Assembly (NCBI GenBank): GCA_951406725.2
Contig: OX597837.1
Span: 28,334,001 to 28,398,000 of the forward strand
Direction of reading: 5' to 3'
Source of the DNA: Octopus vulgaris
Lineage: Eukaryota
Length of the DNA stretch: 64,000 nt
Position numbers and translations under genes: made by a program. The notes beneath the pieces are model-generated. The model saw nothing but the letters and a program-made list of their open reading frames with translations, had not been told where the DNA came from and did not search any database. Below, in pieces: positions 37,621-51,920 of this stretch. The first letter of the stretch is position 1. The number at the start of each line of letters is the position of its first letter.

Positions 37621-38814
37621 TTCTTTGGAATAGAAAAAAGTCTATCTTTATTTCTTCTTTTGTTGGTGTCTCAAATTTAAGTTAAATCAGTGTTTCTCAA
37701 AGGGGAGGCCTATGGGACGGTCGGATAAGTTGTTTTGAGAAAATGTGTTTGACAACTCAGCACCGTCCATTGGAGGGGGGCGTTTTGCTCGTATATATAT
37801 ATATAATAGAGAGAGAGAGAGGGAGGGCGAGCGAGATGATGTATCTCTGTTGTCCTTCGACGATGCTGATTCAGCGGTTCGATCAACTAATCTACATGAT
37901 ATTGAGCTAACGTGTAAACGGGTGGGTATTCCTAAGGCATGTGATCCCTTAGCGTAACTCTCAGGAAGAATCTACGTGGCAAAGTGTGTGTATGTGTCAT
38001 TCATACATACATACATACATACATACATACATACATACATACGTACATACGTACATATATACATACACACACACACACACACACACACGTACAACTCTAA
38101 TAATTATGTTTCTGAAATTGAAAATATCCTATAATCAATCAGACAAGCATGTTAAAAAAGTGATGCAGTAAGCAATTATATTCGGTGCAAAATGCAGGAT
38201 TCTGCAACCTAGCGAAGAAAAGATTACATTAGATCGTTCTGAATTATTTGTCTCTTAGTCGTATAGTGCCAAATTTGACCAGATAACAATAAAAAGACAG
38301 TTTACAGTGGTATCTCCAACGCTTGGAAGACTTAGAACAGGCAGGATGTCTATCAATGGCTCAAATCTCATTCTACACGTCTGAAACATGTCCCCTAAAC
38401 TTTGAATATACACTCAGGCTTTGCAGTGGAAGATTTACGGTTATTATTGAGGATATCATTGTGAAACAGGCGTAGAAACACTTCCATAAGAAAATCTCTT
38501 CACATGTCTTACACCATTACCGAAATAAGAAGCAATAGTCTTGAATGATTTGGTCCTAGAATAAGAAGGCTACAGAATACGTAACGCTAGAAACCTCTCA
38601 CTTCCCAGAACACATGAGAGAGCAGTTAAGGTCTTGATGATCTCCCAATTCCCTGAAGACACAAGGTTTACTACTCGCAACAGTTGAGAACAGAGTTTTA
38701 GATGATAGTAACGGACTGGCGAGTAAGGGAGAAAGGACGTTTCGTGTGCACAGCTAAGTTTATAACCAACTGGAAAAAAAACTATAAGCGCGTTGTCGAA
38801 AATAAATAATTCAC

Positions 38815-38973
<159 letters not shown>

Positions 38974-39457
38974 CACTGACATATACACACGTGAGTGTGT
39001 GTGTGTGTGTGTGTGTGATCAGATCTGAACTCAGTACAGTAAGTTAAGTAGACACTCGTCAGGTTTACAGTGCTTCCCTCTGCTTAAAGTATTGACAAAT
39101 TTAGGATACGAACACACAATTTTTGTAACCGAAAGCTCAGCACTTATGTCATCCAGCTATTTTTGGTTAACGAAAGCCACACAAACACACACACTAGACG
39201 AAGGGGATTAAAATCCGAGTTGTATCTACAGGAAGCATTTCTGCGAATATTACTTATCAATTGTGTATCCCTAAAGGGTTTATATGAAAAAGAAAAAAAC
39301 TATTCATGCAGTCAAGAATTCTGGACCAGGTAAATTAGACGTAGAGTATGAATACATGAAATCAAAGGCTGGAATTTATAGTATTATCTTTAATTCTATA
39401 GTTACAATAGTTTCGATACAACATGGAAAAATCATTTCATGAGCATAAGTGTGTGTG

Positions 39458-39518
<61 letters not shown>

Positions 39519-39544
39519 GTATATATTTATAATAAGATTAGCTC

Positions 39545-39598
<54 letters not shown>

Positions 39599-40156
39599 TA
39601 AGTAATTAAGGGTTTAGCAACGATTTGCCTCACCACACACCGAATTTAGAAATAGCAGTCAAAGAGATTTGGCTATTCTTTCTACTTAAAAGGGAGATCC
39701 CAGTAAAACCACAGCACTTATATATATATAATGTTCATATTGTTATTAATATTTGTGGGTACGCAGGTGTATTGAAAATACCTCATGGAGTGCCGACCGT
39801 GTGCTGCATAGTTACAGGCTGCCCTTTGGCAAGACATAGCACCCGTTCAGCCACCCTGCCAGGATATGACGAAATCACGGGACCGTGAAAAGGTTGCAGA
39901 AGAGCTCAACTGACCCCTATGCTGCTTCTTACGTTGATGCTGAGCGAAGGACTCCTAGATGAACTATCAGGACCACCAAGCTTATCAAGAGAATAACTAC
40001 AATGCATCCATAGGGGGTGGCATCCATAGGGGTGGCATCCCATTTGTGTAATCAGCTAATGAAAGATTCAGTCATGACTCAAGCTCCCAATTTAATTTCA
40101 TAATGATAGAATTGGATGGTGACAAAGAGTCATGAGAATCCGCAAAAGCATATACA

Positions 40157-40215
<59 letters not shown>

Positions 40216-40222
40216 CATATAT

Positions 40223-40447
40223 ACTTATTTCTTTATTACCCACAAGGGGCTAAACATAGAGGGGACAAACAGGGACAGACATAGGTATTAAATCGATTAC
40301 ATCGACCCCAGTGCGTAACTGGTACTTATTTAATCGACCCCGAAAGGATGAAAGGCAAAGTCGACCTCGGCGGAATTTGAACTCAGAACGTAGCGGCAGA
40401 CGAAATACCGCTGAGCATTTCGCCTGGCGTGCTAACGTTTCTGCCTT
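40223..40447 (-). mobile_element. SINE family C
   Basis: Reverse complement of the family C consensus. Confidence 0.88.
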
Positions 40448-41776
40448 ATATATGTGTAGCATATATACTATGTACATCTTCGTCAAAAAAATTAATATCC
40501 ATGTTTATGAAATGAGTTTCCAATGCTATACTGAAACAATTGTAGCTACTGAATTAACCTCCAGTCATCGATTTATTACATACATATACGAGTTAATAGT
40601 TTCAAAGAAAAAGTAACTCTTATTTCTTCATTGTGGATTCATACAATTATTTATTTTTCACATATATACATCTGATCACTCGAAGAATGCAGTCTATTCA
40701 CCTAAACTGATCCAGTATTTGATACGCTTAGCGTGTTGACCCCCATAGAAGCTTGAAAATCAAAACCAAACTTGATGGGGTACGAATTCAGCTTAAAGAA
40801 TCTTATGTAGACTTTATTAAATATTTTGTCCTGCATCCCACTTTTTGCCAGTCACAGCTCTCCCCTCATGTACCTGTAATTGTTGTGGTGATTTAAGCTC
40901 CTCATCTCTCAATTGTAAATATCGAAAAGTTATCATTGTTAAGCTATGAAACATACAATGCATATTCTATAAAAAAAACATTTATCACAACCAGGGTACA
41001 AACTATATACATGACTTAAACTCATTGTCAGGCGAGTTCTGGTCACGTCCTGTCTCTGACTGGTGACACATAACCAGGTCTAATGTTTCAGGATTCGGTA
41101 GTCAGTAAATAAAAACGACCACTGCAGTCCAGTTTATTGAACAAAGAGGATGCATGGGAACCCAAAAGGGTTTCAAATATACCAACCAAAAAGCAGAACT
41201 TCTCTCAAAGAAGCCAAAGATCGAATCTGTCTGGATAGGAGATAAGCAACAGTAAGTCAATAACACACAATATCGGACACCTTCAGATTCTTTAGGTTAA
41301 GCATTTTGGAAGAAATTCCATCGTTTTACCGAAACAAATGCAGTTGCAGAAGAGACACGAGTAATTTCAAATTGAAACACAGCATGATGTATTTCTGTGT
41401 TTTTAAAAGAAAACATTGGGGGAAGCCCAGGGTGGGGGCGATGCTGTTGCAGTTCATGGCTGGTTGATTTCATAGGCCGTCTGGTTTATGATAAGCATAT
41501 GGCGTTTAGAGTACTTTTAGCAGGGTCCTCCCTGTTTGCATGCATTCGGGCCCAGGATAAATATCTCCCTTCCTCCCGCAAATTTCACATTTAATCCTCC
41601 TCGGACTGAGTCATTATGTGTGTGTGTGAGAGAGAGAGAGAGGGGGGGAGAGAGAGACAGACAGAGAAAGACAGACAGACAGATCAAGATATGTTATATA
41701 AACGTACATAAAATATACATAATCTATCCGACTGTCTATCAAGAAAAGTCTACTTTCTAATGTATATATATATATA

Positions 41777-41963
41777 TATAGTATACGAAAATAAACAAAA
41801 GGGCGAAGGCAGGTGGAGTACAAACAAACAGATGTATTATTAGTATAGCGCTCAGGAATAGAAAAAGTCTTTTACGTTTCGAGCCTACGCTCTTCGACAG
41901 AAAGATACACAGAAAAAAAACAAGGAGAGAAAAATATGTGTGTAGGAGCTAACGATCTATCAT
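41777..41963 (-). mobile_element. Short TA-flanked element with a variant hammerhead-like fold (copy 3)
   Basis: Identical motif at 41868-41905. Confidence 0.75.
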
Positions 41964-42113
41964 AGACATGTATGTATGCATGCACGCACGTATATAAATA
42001 TATGATGGTACTGTTTACAGAGGTACAGTTGTTTACGTGCATATATATATAATTTCAAAAGATAGATGCCTGGAGGATATCTTCGTACCCAGGAGTAAGG
42101 TAATTGCTACGGG

Positions 42114-42170
<57 letters not shown>

Positions 42171-42496
42171 GATAGATATAGATATATAATGTATGTATGT
42201 ATGTATGTATGTATGTATTGCCAGTTATTAGCAGCTTTTATAGTCTGTTATTTGAGCCCTGCTGCTGCCTGTACTGATATTTGAGTCCTGTCATAGCAAG
42301 AATAGAGAAACACATGTTTGATTTTTAAGTTTCTTACATAGTTCTGCTGCTGCTACGTATATTTTTCTGATGAAATTGGAAACGGTACGAGAAGGTGTTT
42401 CGTATCCACGGCAGTCGTGCCATGTTAGAATTTCTTATGTAAGCAAAACGATGCACGAGTATAAGTAGATAGGCAGTCAGATAGGTATCTTGGTAA

Positions 42497-42562
<66 letters not shown>

Positions 42563-42688
42563 ATATATATATACATACATATATATATATATACATACAT
42601 ATATATATATATACATACATATATATATATATACATACATATATATATATATATATATACATACATACATATATATATATATACATAC

Positions 42689-42727
<39 letters not shown>

Positions 42728-42814
42728 CATACATATATATATATACATACATATATATATATATATACATACATATATATATATATACATACATATATAT
42801 ATATATATACATAC

Positions 42815-42910
<96 letters not shown>

Positions 42911-43024
42911 ATACATACATATATATATATACATACATATATATATACATACATATATATATATACATACATATATATATATACATACATATATATATAC
43001 ATACATATATATATATATACATAC

Positions 43025-43069
<45 letters not shown>

Positions 43070-43075
43070 TACACA

Positions 43076-43138
<63 letters not shown>

Positions 43139-44429
43139 ACGATAACAATGAGATATTCTTGAAGTCCATGATTTTCTGAAGGATATTAGAAATGTAACCT
43201 CTACAATTTCTTCATTTTCTTCTTGGAGTAAAGTGAAATTAAGAGGAGGAATTAGCTCCAGCCTCTAATGATCTCAGACTAAATGTAAGTAGTACAAAGA
43301 TCATGAATTAGTGAGCCAAAGGTAAAATCGATTGAATTTATCACCGTGTATTACTGGTACTTATTTTATTGAGGAAAGAATGTAGTAATAAATATACAAC
43401 ACTGGCTGGAATTGAACAACAAATTAATAGGAATGAAAGTCAGCACTATGAGCTTATCTATAGGGGGTAGATGGATCTGATAATGTTGTCTTTCAATTAC
43501 AAGAAAACACAAATGCCACTCACATCAAGAAAACACCATGGCAGTCCCTCTTTACTCTTGGTTACATCTCTACAAGATCCCTCAAAATTGCTCCAGTTAT
43601 AAGGATCTACTTTCGCTTGGATAGGTCTTCGATGATAGTTTCATTGTCACTAGGACCTCTCCAGACGAAAGTATGTTCTTAGCATAACTAAAGGCGCATC
43701 CAAGCAACTAGTTTTATTAGGATCAGAAGATACGACAACCCTCCACAACTAATGATACTCTACAAAGCTCAACTGAGACCCACAATGAAGTATTGCTCTC
43801 ACATCTAGAATGGTATTGCTGCTTGTTTGTTTATTTGTTGAGCGAAGCGGTCTTCGTCCTCTTGGGAGAAGTCCGAAACGTAGTCCTTTGCTATTCGTAT
43901 GACCTGCAGAAGAAAAAGCAGGTCAACGCCCGACACCGAGAGCATCGACGGATGGATGAATGCGCATCCAGGCTCAGTCAATCGATTTTGTGGCGCACAA
44001 TTTTATTGATAAAAGTTTCATTTTGTTGTTGAAATATTTAGCGAAGCAGTGGCTTGGTGAGAGGAAATATTTTTAGAATTGAAGGAATTTGGTGGCCGGA
44101 ACTTCAATAAGTAAACCGTTTAAAATACAGGCAAGATGTGAGTCGTGCAATTTTCTGTAATGTTCTAAAACGTAAGAGTTGGTGGAGTAAAGTCCAAGGA
44201 TTGGATTGGTAAAGGTTTAGTTTGGTAAATGTTTCAGTGTATAAAACGTTTTGGTGTGCGGCAGCGCTGCATCGTTAAAGGTTTCATGTGAAAATCATAG
44301 TTTAGATCTGAGGTTATCAACCATTTATCACCTATGGACCCTTTTGATTCCCATTTTACTCGGGTGCCCCCCCACCCCATAACCACTCCATAGTTGAAAA
44401 ATCCTATTATATTTTTATTCTTTTATTCT

Positions 44430-44671
44430 TGTACTCTTTTACTTGCTTCAGTCATGTGGCTGCGGCCATGCTGGAGCACCGCCTTTAGTCGAGCAAATCG
44501 GCCCCAGGACTTATTCTTTGTAAGCCTAGTACTTATTCTATCGGTCTCTTTTGCCGAACCGCTAGGTTACGGAGACGTAAACACACCACCATCGGTTGTC
44601 AAGCGATGCTGGTGGGGACAAACACAGACACACAAACATATACATACACACACATACACACACACACACCC

Positions 44672-44717
<46 letters not shown>

Positions 44718-44880
44718 GACGGGCTTCTTTCAGTTTCCGTCTACCAAATCCACTCACAAGGCTTTGGTCGACCCGAGGCTATAGTAGAAGACACTTGCCT
44801 AAGGTGCCACGCAGTGGGACTGAACCCGGAACCATGTGATTGGTAAGCAAGCTACATACCACACAGCCACTCCTACACCT
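44430..44880 (-). mobile_element. SINE family B inserted in a hAT-like MITE (about 44310-45038)
   Basis: Full-length copy; the flanks match the 10398/33023 MITE family. Confidence 0.85.
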
Positions 44881-45139
44881 CCTTATATTAAATATTATTA
44901 GGAATTGTATGAAAAAATTGATAAAATATTTTGTTTATTGTAGAAGAATAGCCAATTTATTGCAGATAAATTTTAACAATAAAACCTTAATGCCCCACCC
45001 CCACCAAGGGTCATAAGGACCCCGGGTGAGAAACACTGGCTTAGATGAAATGTTGAAGATAGAAAAATAAAAGTATAGTGAAATTATAAGAATCGAGCTG
45101 AAAGTTGAATCATCCAAAATATGAAGAAACAATTTATAT

Positions 45140-45141
45140 CG

Positions 45142-45180
<39 letters not shown>

Positions 45181-45204
45181 ATCATCATCATCATCATCAT
45201 CATC

Positions 45205-45245
<41 letters not shown>

Positions 45246-45317
45246 ATCATCATCATCATCAATCATCATCATCATCAATCATCATCATCATCATCATCAT
45301 CAATCATCATCATCATC

Positions 45318-45364
<47 letters not shown>

Positions 45365-45405
45365 ATCATCATCATCAATCATCATCATCAATCATCATCA
45401 TCATC

Positions 45406-45467
<62 letters not shown>

Positions 45468-45500
45468 CCATCATCATCACCATCATCACCACCATCGTCA
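45140..45500. repeat. (CAT)n microsatellite with CAAT interruptions
   Basis: Direct inspection. Confidence 0.95.
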
Positions 45501-46112
45501 TCCGTACGTTGGTCAAACGGAGTTTCTACTGCCGGATGCCCTTCCTGTTGCCAACACTCACTTGTTTCCAAGCCGGACAATATTTCCACGGGAGGATGGA
45601 AATTAGTGAAACCGCTTGTATTAACGGTGGCACTCGTTTACAACTGTCGCGCGATGTTGAAACAAGAACACAACGCAACACAAATACTCACACAGATTTG
45701 TGTGTATGTGTGTATGTGTGTGTGTATGTGTGTTTGTGTGTGTGACAGGTTTCTTTTAGTCTTCAACTACCAAACCTACTCTTTGGTTGAGGGCCAAGTA
45801 GTGGAACTGAACCCGAAACCACATGGTTGGAACGTAGACTTTTTAAACCACACAGCAGTATCTATGGATGCGTTTTTGTTTTATTGAAACTGAGTTTGTT
45901 TTGCAAACTCGAGTTTCACACCTCTCAGAAAAAAAACTCAATTTCAGTTTCGATAAAAGCGAAGAAAACATGTCTTCTAAAACGTGTACCTCATTCCTCC
46001 GACATAAACCAACCTACGTATGCGTGCGTATATGTTCTTGTTTTACGTGTTTCAGTCATTTGACTGCGGCCATGCTGGAGCACCGCCTTTAGTCGAACAA
46101 ATACAAAAATAC

Positions 46113-46143
<31 letters not shown>

Positions 46144-46151
46144 GGACATAC

Positions 46152-46184
<33 letters not shown>

Positions 46185-46205
46185 AGGATAGATATATAAG
46201 GATAG

Positions 46206-46242
<37 letters not shown>

Positions 46243-46330
46243 TAAGGATAAGATCGTTAATTTAAATATCGATCTTATCAAGTGGCCAGCATTGGAATAA
46301 AAACCTTCAAAGGTAATAATTATTATCAAG

Positions 46331-46479
46331 ATTATAATTTAGGGTATCTAAGAGATACCACCATGCTAAAAATAGCAGTGAAAACTTGGTGCTGTATGAA
46401 CATTTAATGTGGTTTTAGAGTCAGGTTTTGAATGCTATTTTCAGCGTGGTGGTGTCTCTTAGATACCCTAAATTATAAT
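46331..46479. repeat. 47-bp inverted repeat with a 55-nt loop
   Basis: 46331-46377 versus 46433-46479, three mismatches. Confidence 0.9.
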
Positions 46480-46553
<74 letters not shown>

Positions 46554-47040
46554 AACGTAAATACACATGTATAGTTTCATATATGATCCCTTTCTTCTGT
46601 TTTAATCATTACATTCCTTCAGCAAGGAAGTAAAACTATTTGAAACTGAATATTGAGGATTTTCTACATTGGATATAAACAGCACTAGCAACAACAACAA
46701 CAGCAATAGCATCAGCAACAAAGTTGTGGCTGTTTAGTCACAATTCAGCTTTGATTGAGATGATTTACGATGAATGATATACGAATTATAACCATTCTGA
46801 CTTGTTGTTGTTGTTGTTTTATTTGGCATAGTGTATCCTGTAACACATTACCCAATGAAAGAAAGAAAGAGAGAAAGAGAGAATAGTAAACAGTCATTGG
46901 AATTAGAGCAAGAAGCTGTGTTAAAGAGCATCGGGTAGCAGAATATTGTAGAAAGAAAGACAAGGAACGGAACATTTCAGCCATCATCGTCTTTCAGTTA
47001 TGATGTAACGTGATAGCCATCTCCATGCTGACTGCTTTAT

Positions 47041-47140
47041 NNNNNNNNNNNNNNNNNNNNNNNNNNNNNNNNNNNNNNNNNNNNNNNNNNNNNNNNNNNN
47101 NNNNNNNNNNNNNNNNNNNNNNNNNNNNNNNNNNNNNNNN
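47041..47140. other. Assembly gap (100 N)
   Basis: N run; the true size is unknown. Confidence 1.
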
Positions 47141-47946
47141 TATTTCGTCTATCGCTACGTTCTGAGTTCAAATTCCGCCGAGGTCGACTTTGCCTTTCAT
47201 CCTTTCGGGGTCGATAAATTAAGTACCAGTTACGCACTGGGGTCGATATAATCGACTTAATCCGTTTGTCTGTCCTTGTTTGTCTTCTCTGTGTTTAGCC
47301 CCTTGTGGGTAGTAAAGAAATAGGTACTTATTTAATCGACCCCGAAAGGATGAAAGGCAAAGTCAACCTCGGCGTATTTTGAACTCAGAACGTAGCGGCA
47401 GACGAAATACCGTTAAGCTTTTCGCCCGGCGTGCTAACGATTCTGCCAGCTCGCCGCTATCCGAAAGGATGAAAGGCAAAGTCGACCTCGGCGGAATTTG
47501 AACTCACAACGTAACGGCAGACAAAATACCTATTTCTTTACTACCCACAAGGGGCTAAACATAGAAAGGACAAACAAGGACAGACATAGGTATTAAGTCG
47601 ATTATATCGACCCCAGTATTAACTGGCACTTAATTTATCGACCCCGAAAGGATGAAAGGCAAAGTCGACCTCGGCATATTTTGAACTCAGAACGTAGCGG
47701 CAGACGAAATACCTATTTCTATTTCTTTATTACCCACAAGGGGCTAAACACAGAGTGGACAAACAAGGACAGACAAACGGATTAAGTCGATTATATCGAC
47801 CCCAGCGCGTAGCTGGTACTTAATTTATCGACCCCGAAAGGATGAAAGGCAAAGTCGACCTCGGCGGAATTTGAACTCAGAACGTAGCGGCAGCCGAAAT
47901 ACCGCTAAGCATTTCGCCCGACGTGCTAACGATTCTGCCGGCTCGC
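47141..47946. mobile_element. Cluster of family C SINE units (one plus unit, then tandem minus units)
   Basis: 47141-47322 on plus; 47323-47946 on minus with repeated bodies. Confidence 0.9.
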
Positions 47947-48309
47947 CTCTGGCAGGTTGAGCACTTCATGAGGAACTTCTAACCTATTACCTGTCTTTTA
48001 GTCTGGGCTCGTTCTTTTGATCTTTTGTCTCTACCTATCCGGTTTTTCAATGTCCTCAAGTTTCCCATCTTTCTCCGAGTTCTCTTAAACGCCACACAAA
48101 ATTGGCATGGAACTGCTTCTCGCAGCCTCCAGCCGTCTATGTCACCTTGAAGAGGAGATTTCTCTGTTTCTCCTTACCTTATTCTATCTACCTCTCATAG
48201 TGGCAGTACTAGGGATTAGATGTTTATGTTTGTCTTTACTCCCACCCTGGTTAAACTCGTGACTGCAACTGGTGGAACCGTGGGACAAGAAGTGGCAACA
48301 TCATGTATG

Positions 48310-48359
48310 GATATATGTATGTATGTATGTATATATGCATTTAAGTATGTATGTATGTA

Positions 48360-48395
<36 letters not shown>

Positions 48396-49020
48396 TGTAT
48401 GTATGTATGTATGCGTGTATGTGTGTGTGTATGTATGTATGTATGTATGTATGTATGTATGCATTTAAGTATGTATGTGTATGTATGCATTTAAGTATGT
48501 ATGTATGTATGTATGCATTTAAGTATGTATGTATGTATGTATGTATGTATGTATTTATTTAAGTATGTATGTATGCATTTAAGTATGTATGTATGTATGT
48601 ATATATATATATATATATACTCATACATACAGATTTGTACATATACATATATATGCATATCATATACACACATGTGCACATATATATGTGTATATCGATG
48701 TATGTATGTATGTATGTATGCATTTAAGTATGCATTTAAGTATGCATGTATGTATGTATGTATGTATGTATATATATATATTCATACATACAGATTTGTA
48801 CATATACATATATATGCATATATACACACATGTGCACATATATATGTGTATATCGATGTATGTATGTATGTATGCATTTATGTATGTATGTATGTATGTA
48901 TGTATGCATTTAAGTATGTATGTATGTATACATATATACTCATACATACAGATTTGTACATATACATATATATGCATATCATATACACACATGTGCACAT
49001 ATATATGTGTATATCGATAC
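48310..49020. repeat. (TATG)n-based compound satellite with a triplicated unit of about 80 bp
   Basis: CATACATACAGATTTGTACATATAC...TATATCGAT recurs at about 48620, 48782 and 48940. Confidence 0.85.
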
Positions 49021-49067
49021 AGATATGCTTGTATGTAGAGAAAGAAAGACGTTGGTTCTTATAATGT

Positions 49068-49133
<66 letters not shown>

Positions 49134-49414
49134 TTATTTCTGTTTCTGTTTGGTATTTTCTTAGTTCAACTTCCGGTATTCCTTAACAAACAGCATCCGG
49201 GGTATAAGGAGGAGTTCCACAACCCTAAAAGGGGACATCTATTTCGGGAAGTTAAGAGTGCAAAGTTATTTCTAGGTTGTGACTACGGTGTAGGAGACAA
49301 TAACGAAATAAGCCGGCAACGTAGTTTCAATTTTGCCATCACTATCTTAACTGGTGTTCTTGAGCAAAGCATGGACATCCCAAACTTATTTCATTTTCCT
49401 TTTACCTTACCTTT

Positions 49415-49798
49415 GGGAGGCGCAATGGCCCAGTGGTTAGGGCAGCGGACTCGCGGTCATAAGATCGCGGTTTCGATTCCCAGACCGGGCGTTGTGAGTG
49501 TTTATTGAGCGAAAACACCTAAAAGCTCCACGAGGCTCCGGCAGGTGATGGTGGTGATCCCTGCTGTACTCTTTCACCACAACTTTCTCTCACTCTTACT
49601 TCCTGTTTCTGTTATACCTGTATTTCAAAGGGCCGGCCTTGTCACTCTCTGTGTCACGCTGAATATCCCCGAGGACTACGTTAAGGGTACACATGTCTGT
49701 GGAGTGCTCAGCCACTTGCACGTTAATTTCACGAGCAGGCTGTTCCGTTGATTCGGATCAACCGCAACCCTCATCGTCGTAACCGACGGAGTGCTTCC
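49415..49798 (+). mobile_element. tRNA-derived SINE, family A
   Basis: Full-length copy. Confidence 0.92.
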
Positions 49799-49830
49799 AA
49801 ATGCTATGTAAGAAATCAGTAAACAGAAGT

Positions 49831-50522
49831 TCAGTTATACTTCGACAATCGCGGGTATTACGTTCCAAATGACCCGCGATAGGTGAAAATTCGCGAAGTA
49901 GAAACAGTATTGTACTCTTTACTCTCTCTCTTTTACTTGTTTCAGTCATTTGACTGCGGTCATGCTGGAGCACCGCCTTTTAGTCGATCGAGCAAATCGA
50001 CTCCAGGACTTATTCTTTGTAAGCCTAACACTTATTCTATCGGTCTCTTTTTGCCGAGCCTCTAAGTTACGGGGACGTAAACACACCAGCATCGGTTGTC
50101 AAGCGATGTTTCGGGGGGGGGGGGGACAAACACAGACACACAAACATATACACACACATATATATACATATACATATATACATATATACGAAAGGCTTCT
50201 TTCAGTTTCTGTCTACCAAATCCACTCACAAGGCTTTGGTCAGCCCGAGGCAATAGTAGAAGACACTTGCCCAAGGTGCCACGCAGTGGGACTGAACTTA
50301 GAACAATGTGGTTGGTAAGTAAGCAAGCTACTTACCACACAGCCACTCCTGTGCCTATGTATATATTTTTTTATATTTTTATAATTTGTGTTTATTTATT
50401 TTATTATAAATACAAAAGAACACCACAGAATAATCGACGTAAGTTTAAATAATAAACCGCGAAAGGTGAACCGCGATAGGGGAACCGCGATAGGGGAACC
50501 GCGATATGGCGAGGGATTACTG
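49831..50522. mobile_element. pogo/Tigger-like MITE interrupted by a family B SINE (49912-50357, minus)
   Basis: Right end CCGCGATATGGCGAGGGATTACTG-TA, degenerate left end CAGTTATACTTCGACAATCGCGG, and internal AACCGCGATAGGGG repeats. Confidence 0.6.
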
Positions 50523-50547
50523 TATTCATATTGATAAAGCAAACATA

Positions 50548-50960
50548 GGCGCAGGAGTGGCTGTGTGGTAAGTAGCTTGCTAACCAACCACATGGTTCCG
50601 GGTTCAGTCCCACTGCGTGGCATCTTGGGCAAGTGTCTTCTGCTATAGCCCCTGGCCGACCAATGCCTTGTGAGTGGATTTGGTAGACGGAAACTGAAAG
50701 AAGCCTGTCGTATATATGTATATATATATATAAGTGTGTGTGTATATGTTTGTGTGTCTGTGTTTGTCCCCCTAGCATTGCTTGACAACCGATGCTGGTG
50801 TGTTTACGTCCCCGTCACTTAGCGGTTCTGCAAAAGAGACCAATAGAATAAATACTGGGCTTACAAAAGAATAAGTCCCGGAGTCGAGTTGCTCGATTAA
50901 AGGCGGTGCTCCAGCATGGCCACAGTCAAATGACTGAAACTAGTAAAAGAGTAAAAGAGT
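50548..50960 (+). mobile_element. SINE family B, full length
   Basis: Inverted relative to 49912-50357. Confidence 0.9.
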
Positions 50961-50997
50961 ATATCTTTAATAATTATTTATTATACTCGTTAGAATT

Positions 50998-51345
50998 GTG
51001 TGAAGCCGCATGGCTCAGTGGTTAGAGCGTCGAGCTTATGATCATGAGGTTGTGAGTTCGAATCCTGGACCGGGCTGCGTGTTGTGTCCTTGAGCGAGAC
51101 ACTTTATTTCACACTGCTCCAGTTCACTCAGCTGTAGAAATGAATTGCGACGTTATAGGTGCCAAGCTGTATCGGCCCCCTTTGCCTTTCCCTTAGATAA
51201 CACTGGTAGCGTGAAGAGGGGAGGCCGGTATGCATGGACGACTGCTGGTCTTCCATAAACAACCTTGCCCAGACCTGTGCCTGGGAGGGTAACTTTCTAG
51301 GTGCAATCCTATGGTCAGTGTCGTGACCGAAGGCAGTCTCAGACT
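50998..51345 (+). mobile_element. SINE family E (tRNA head plus CORE-like domain)
   Basis: A box TGGCTCAGTGG, B box GAGTTCGAATCC; GTTAGAATT on both sides as a probable TSD. Confidence 0.85.
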
Positions 51346-51624
51346 TGTTAGAATTAACTTAACAGGAACGCCCGACGACGAGCTTAAATATTTCACAAGT
51401 ATTTAATTTCGTCTCTCGACCATCTGAATAACCGCTCCATCAGTGACGATGAAACGTGCTGTAATTATTATAAAAACATTTGACCTAATCACTAGAAAAT
51501 CGACGGAGGAGCATTCGTCCCTTCCACAATGCTTCCGCCACTTACTGTAGTAAACTGTACTTCCTGGTGATACCCATTTGTGGTTGATTCATTGAGGAGC
51601 TAAATGTATTGAGCATATCCATAG

Positions 51625-51920
51625 TGGCGCAATGGCCTAGTGGTTAGGGCAGCAGACTCGCGGTCGGAGGATCGCGGTTTCGATTCCCAGACCGGGCGTT
51701 GTGTGTGTTTATTGAGCGAAAACACCTAAAGCTCCACGAAGCTCCGGCGACCCCTGTTGTACTCTTTCACCCCAACTTTCTCTCACTCTTTCTTCCTGTT
51801 TCTTGAGTAATGCTGCGATGGACTGGCGTCCCGTCCAGCTGGGGGGGGGGGACACATACGCCACAGAAACAGGGAAACCGGGCTCATGAGCCTGGCTAGG
51901 CTTGAAAAGGGCGCATAAAT
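51625..51920 (+). mobile_element. SINE with a family A head and a V-domain-like body
   Basis: Head and body follow family A to about 51802, then CTGCGATGGACTGGCGTCCCGTCCAG (51813-51838). Confidence 0.8.

Noticed and set aside
40700-40790. Minus-strand KFGFDF as a possible PDZ carboxylate loop
   Set aside because: In-frame stop before the donor, and the sequence looks like a decayed family C SINE.
42368-42390. CTGATGA...GAAAC hammerhead-like words
   Set aside because: Neither stem I nor stem II can form.
42338-42423. ATG-initiated minus-strand segment [15 protein letters not shown]... ending at GTAAG
   Set aside because: Phase 2 is incompatible with the phase-0 PDZ exon and there is no PDZ similarity.
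45105-45887. Poly-His/Ser/Ile ORF of 260 aa
   Set aside because: It is a (CAT)n microsatellite followed by repeat-derived sequence.
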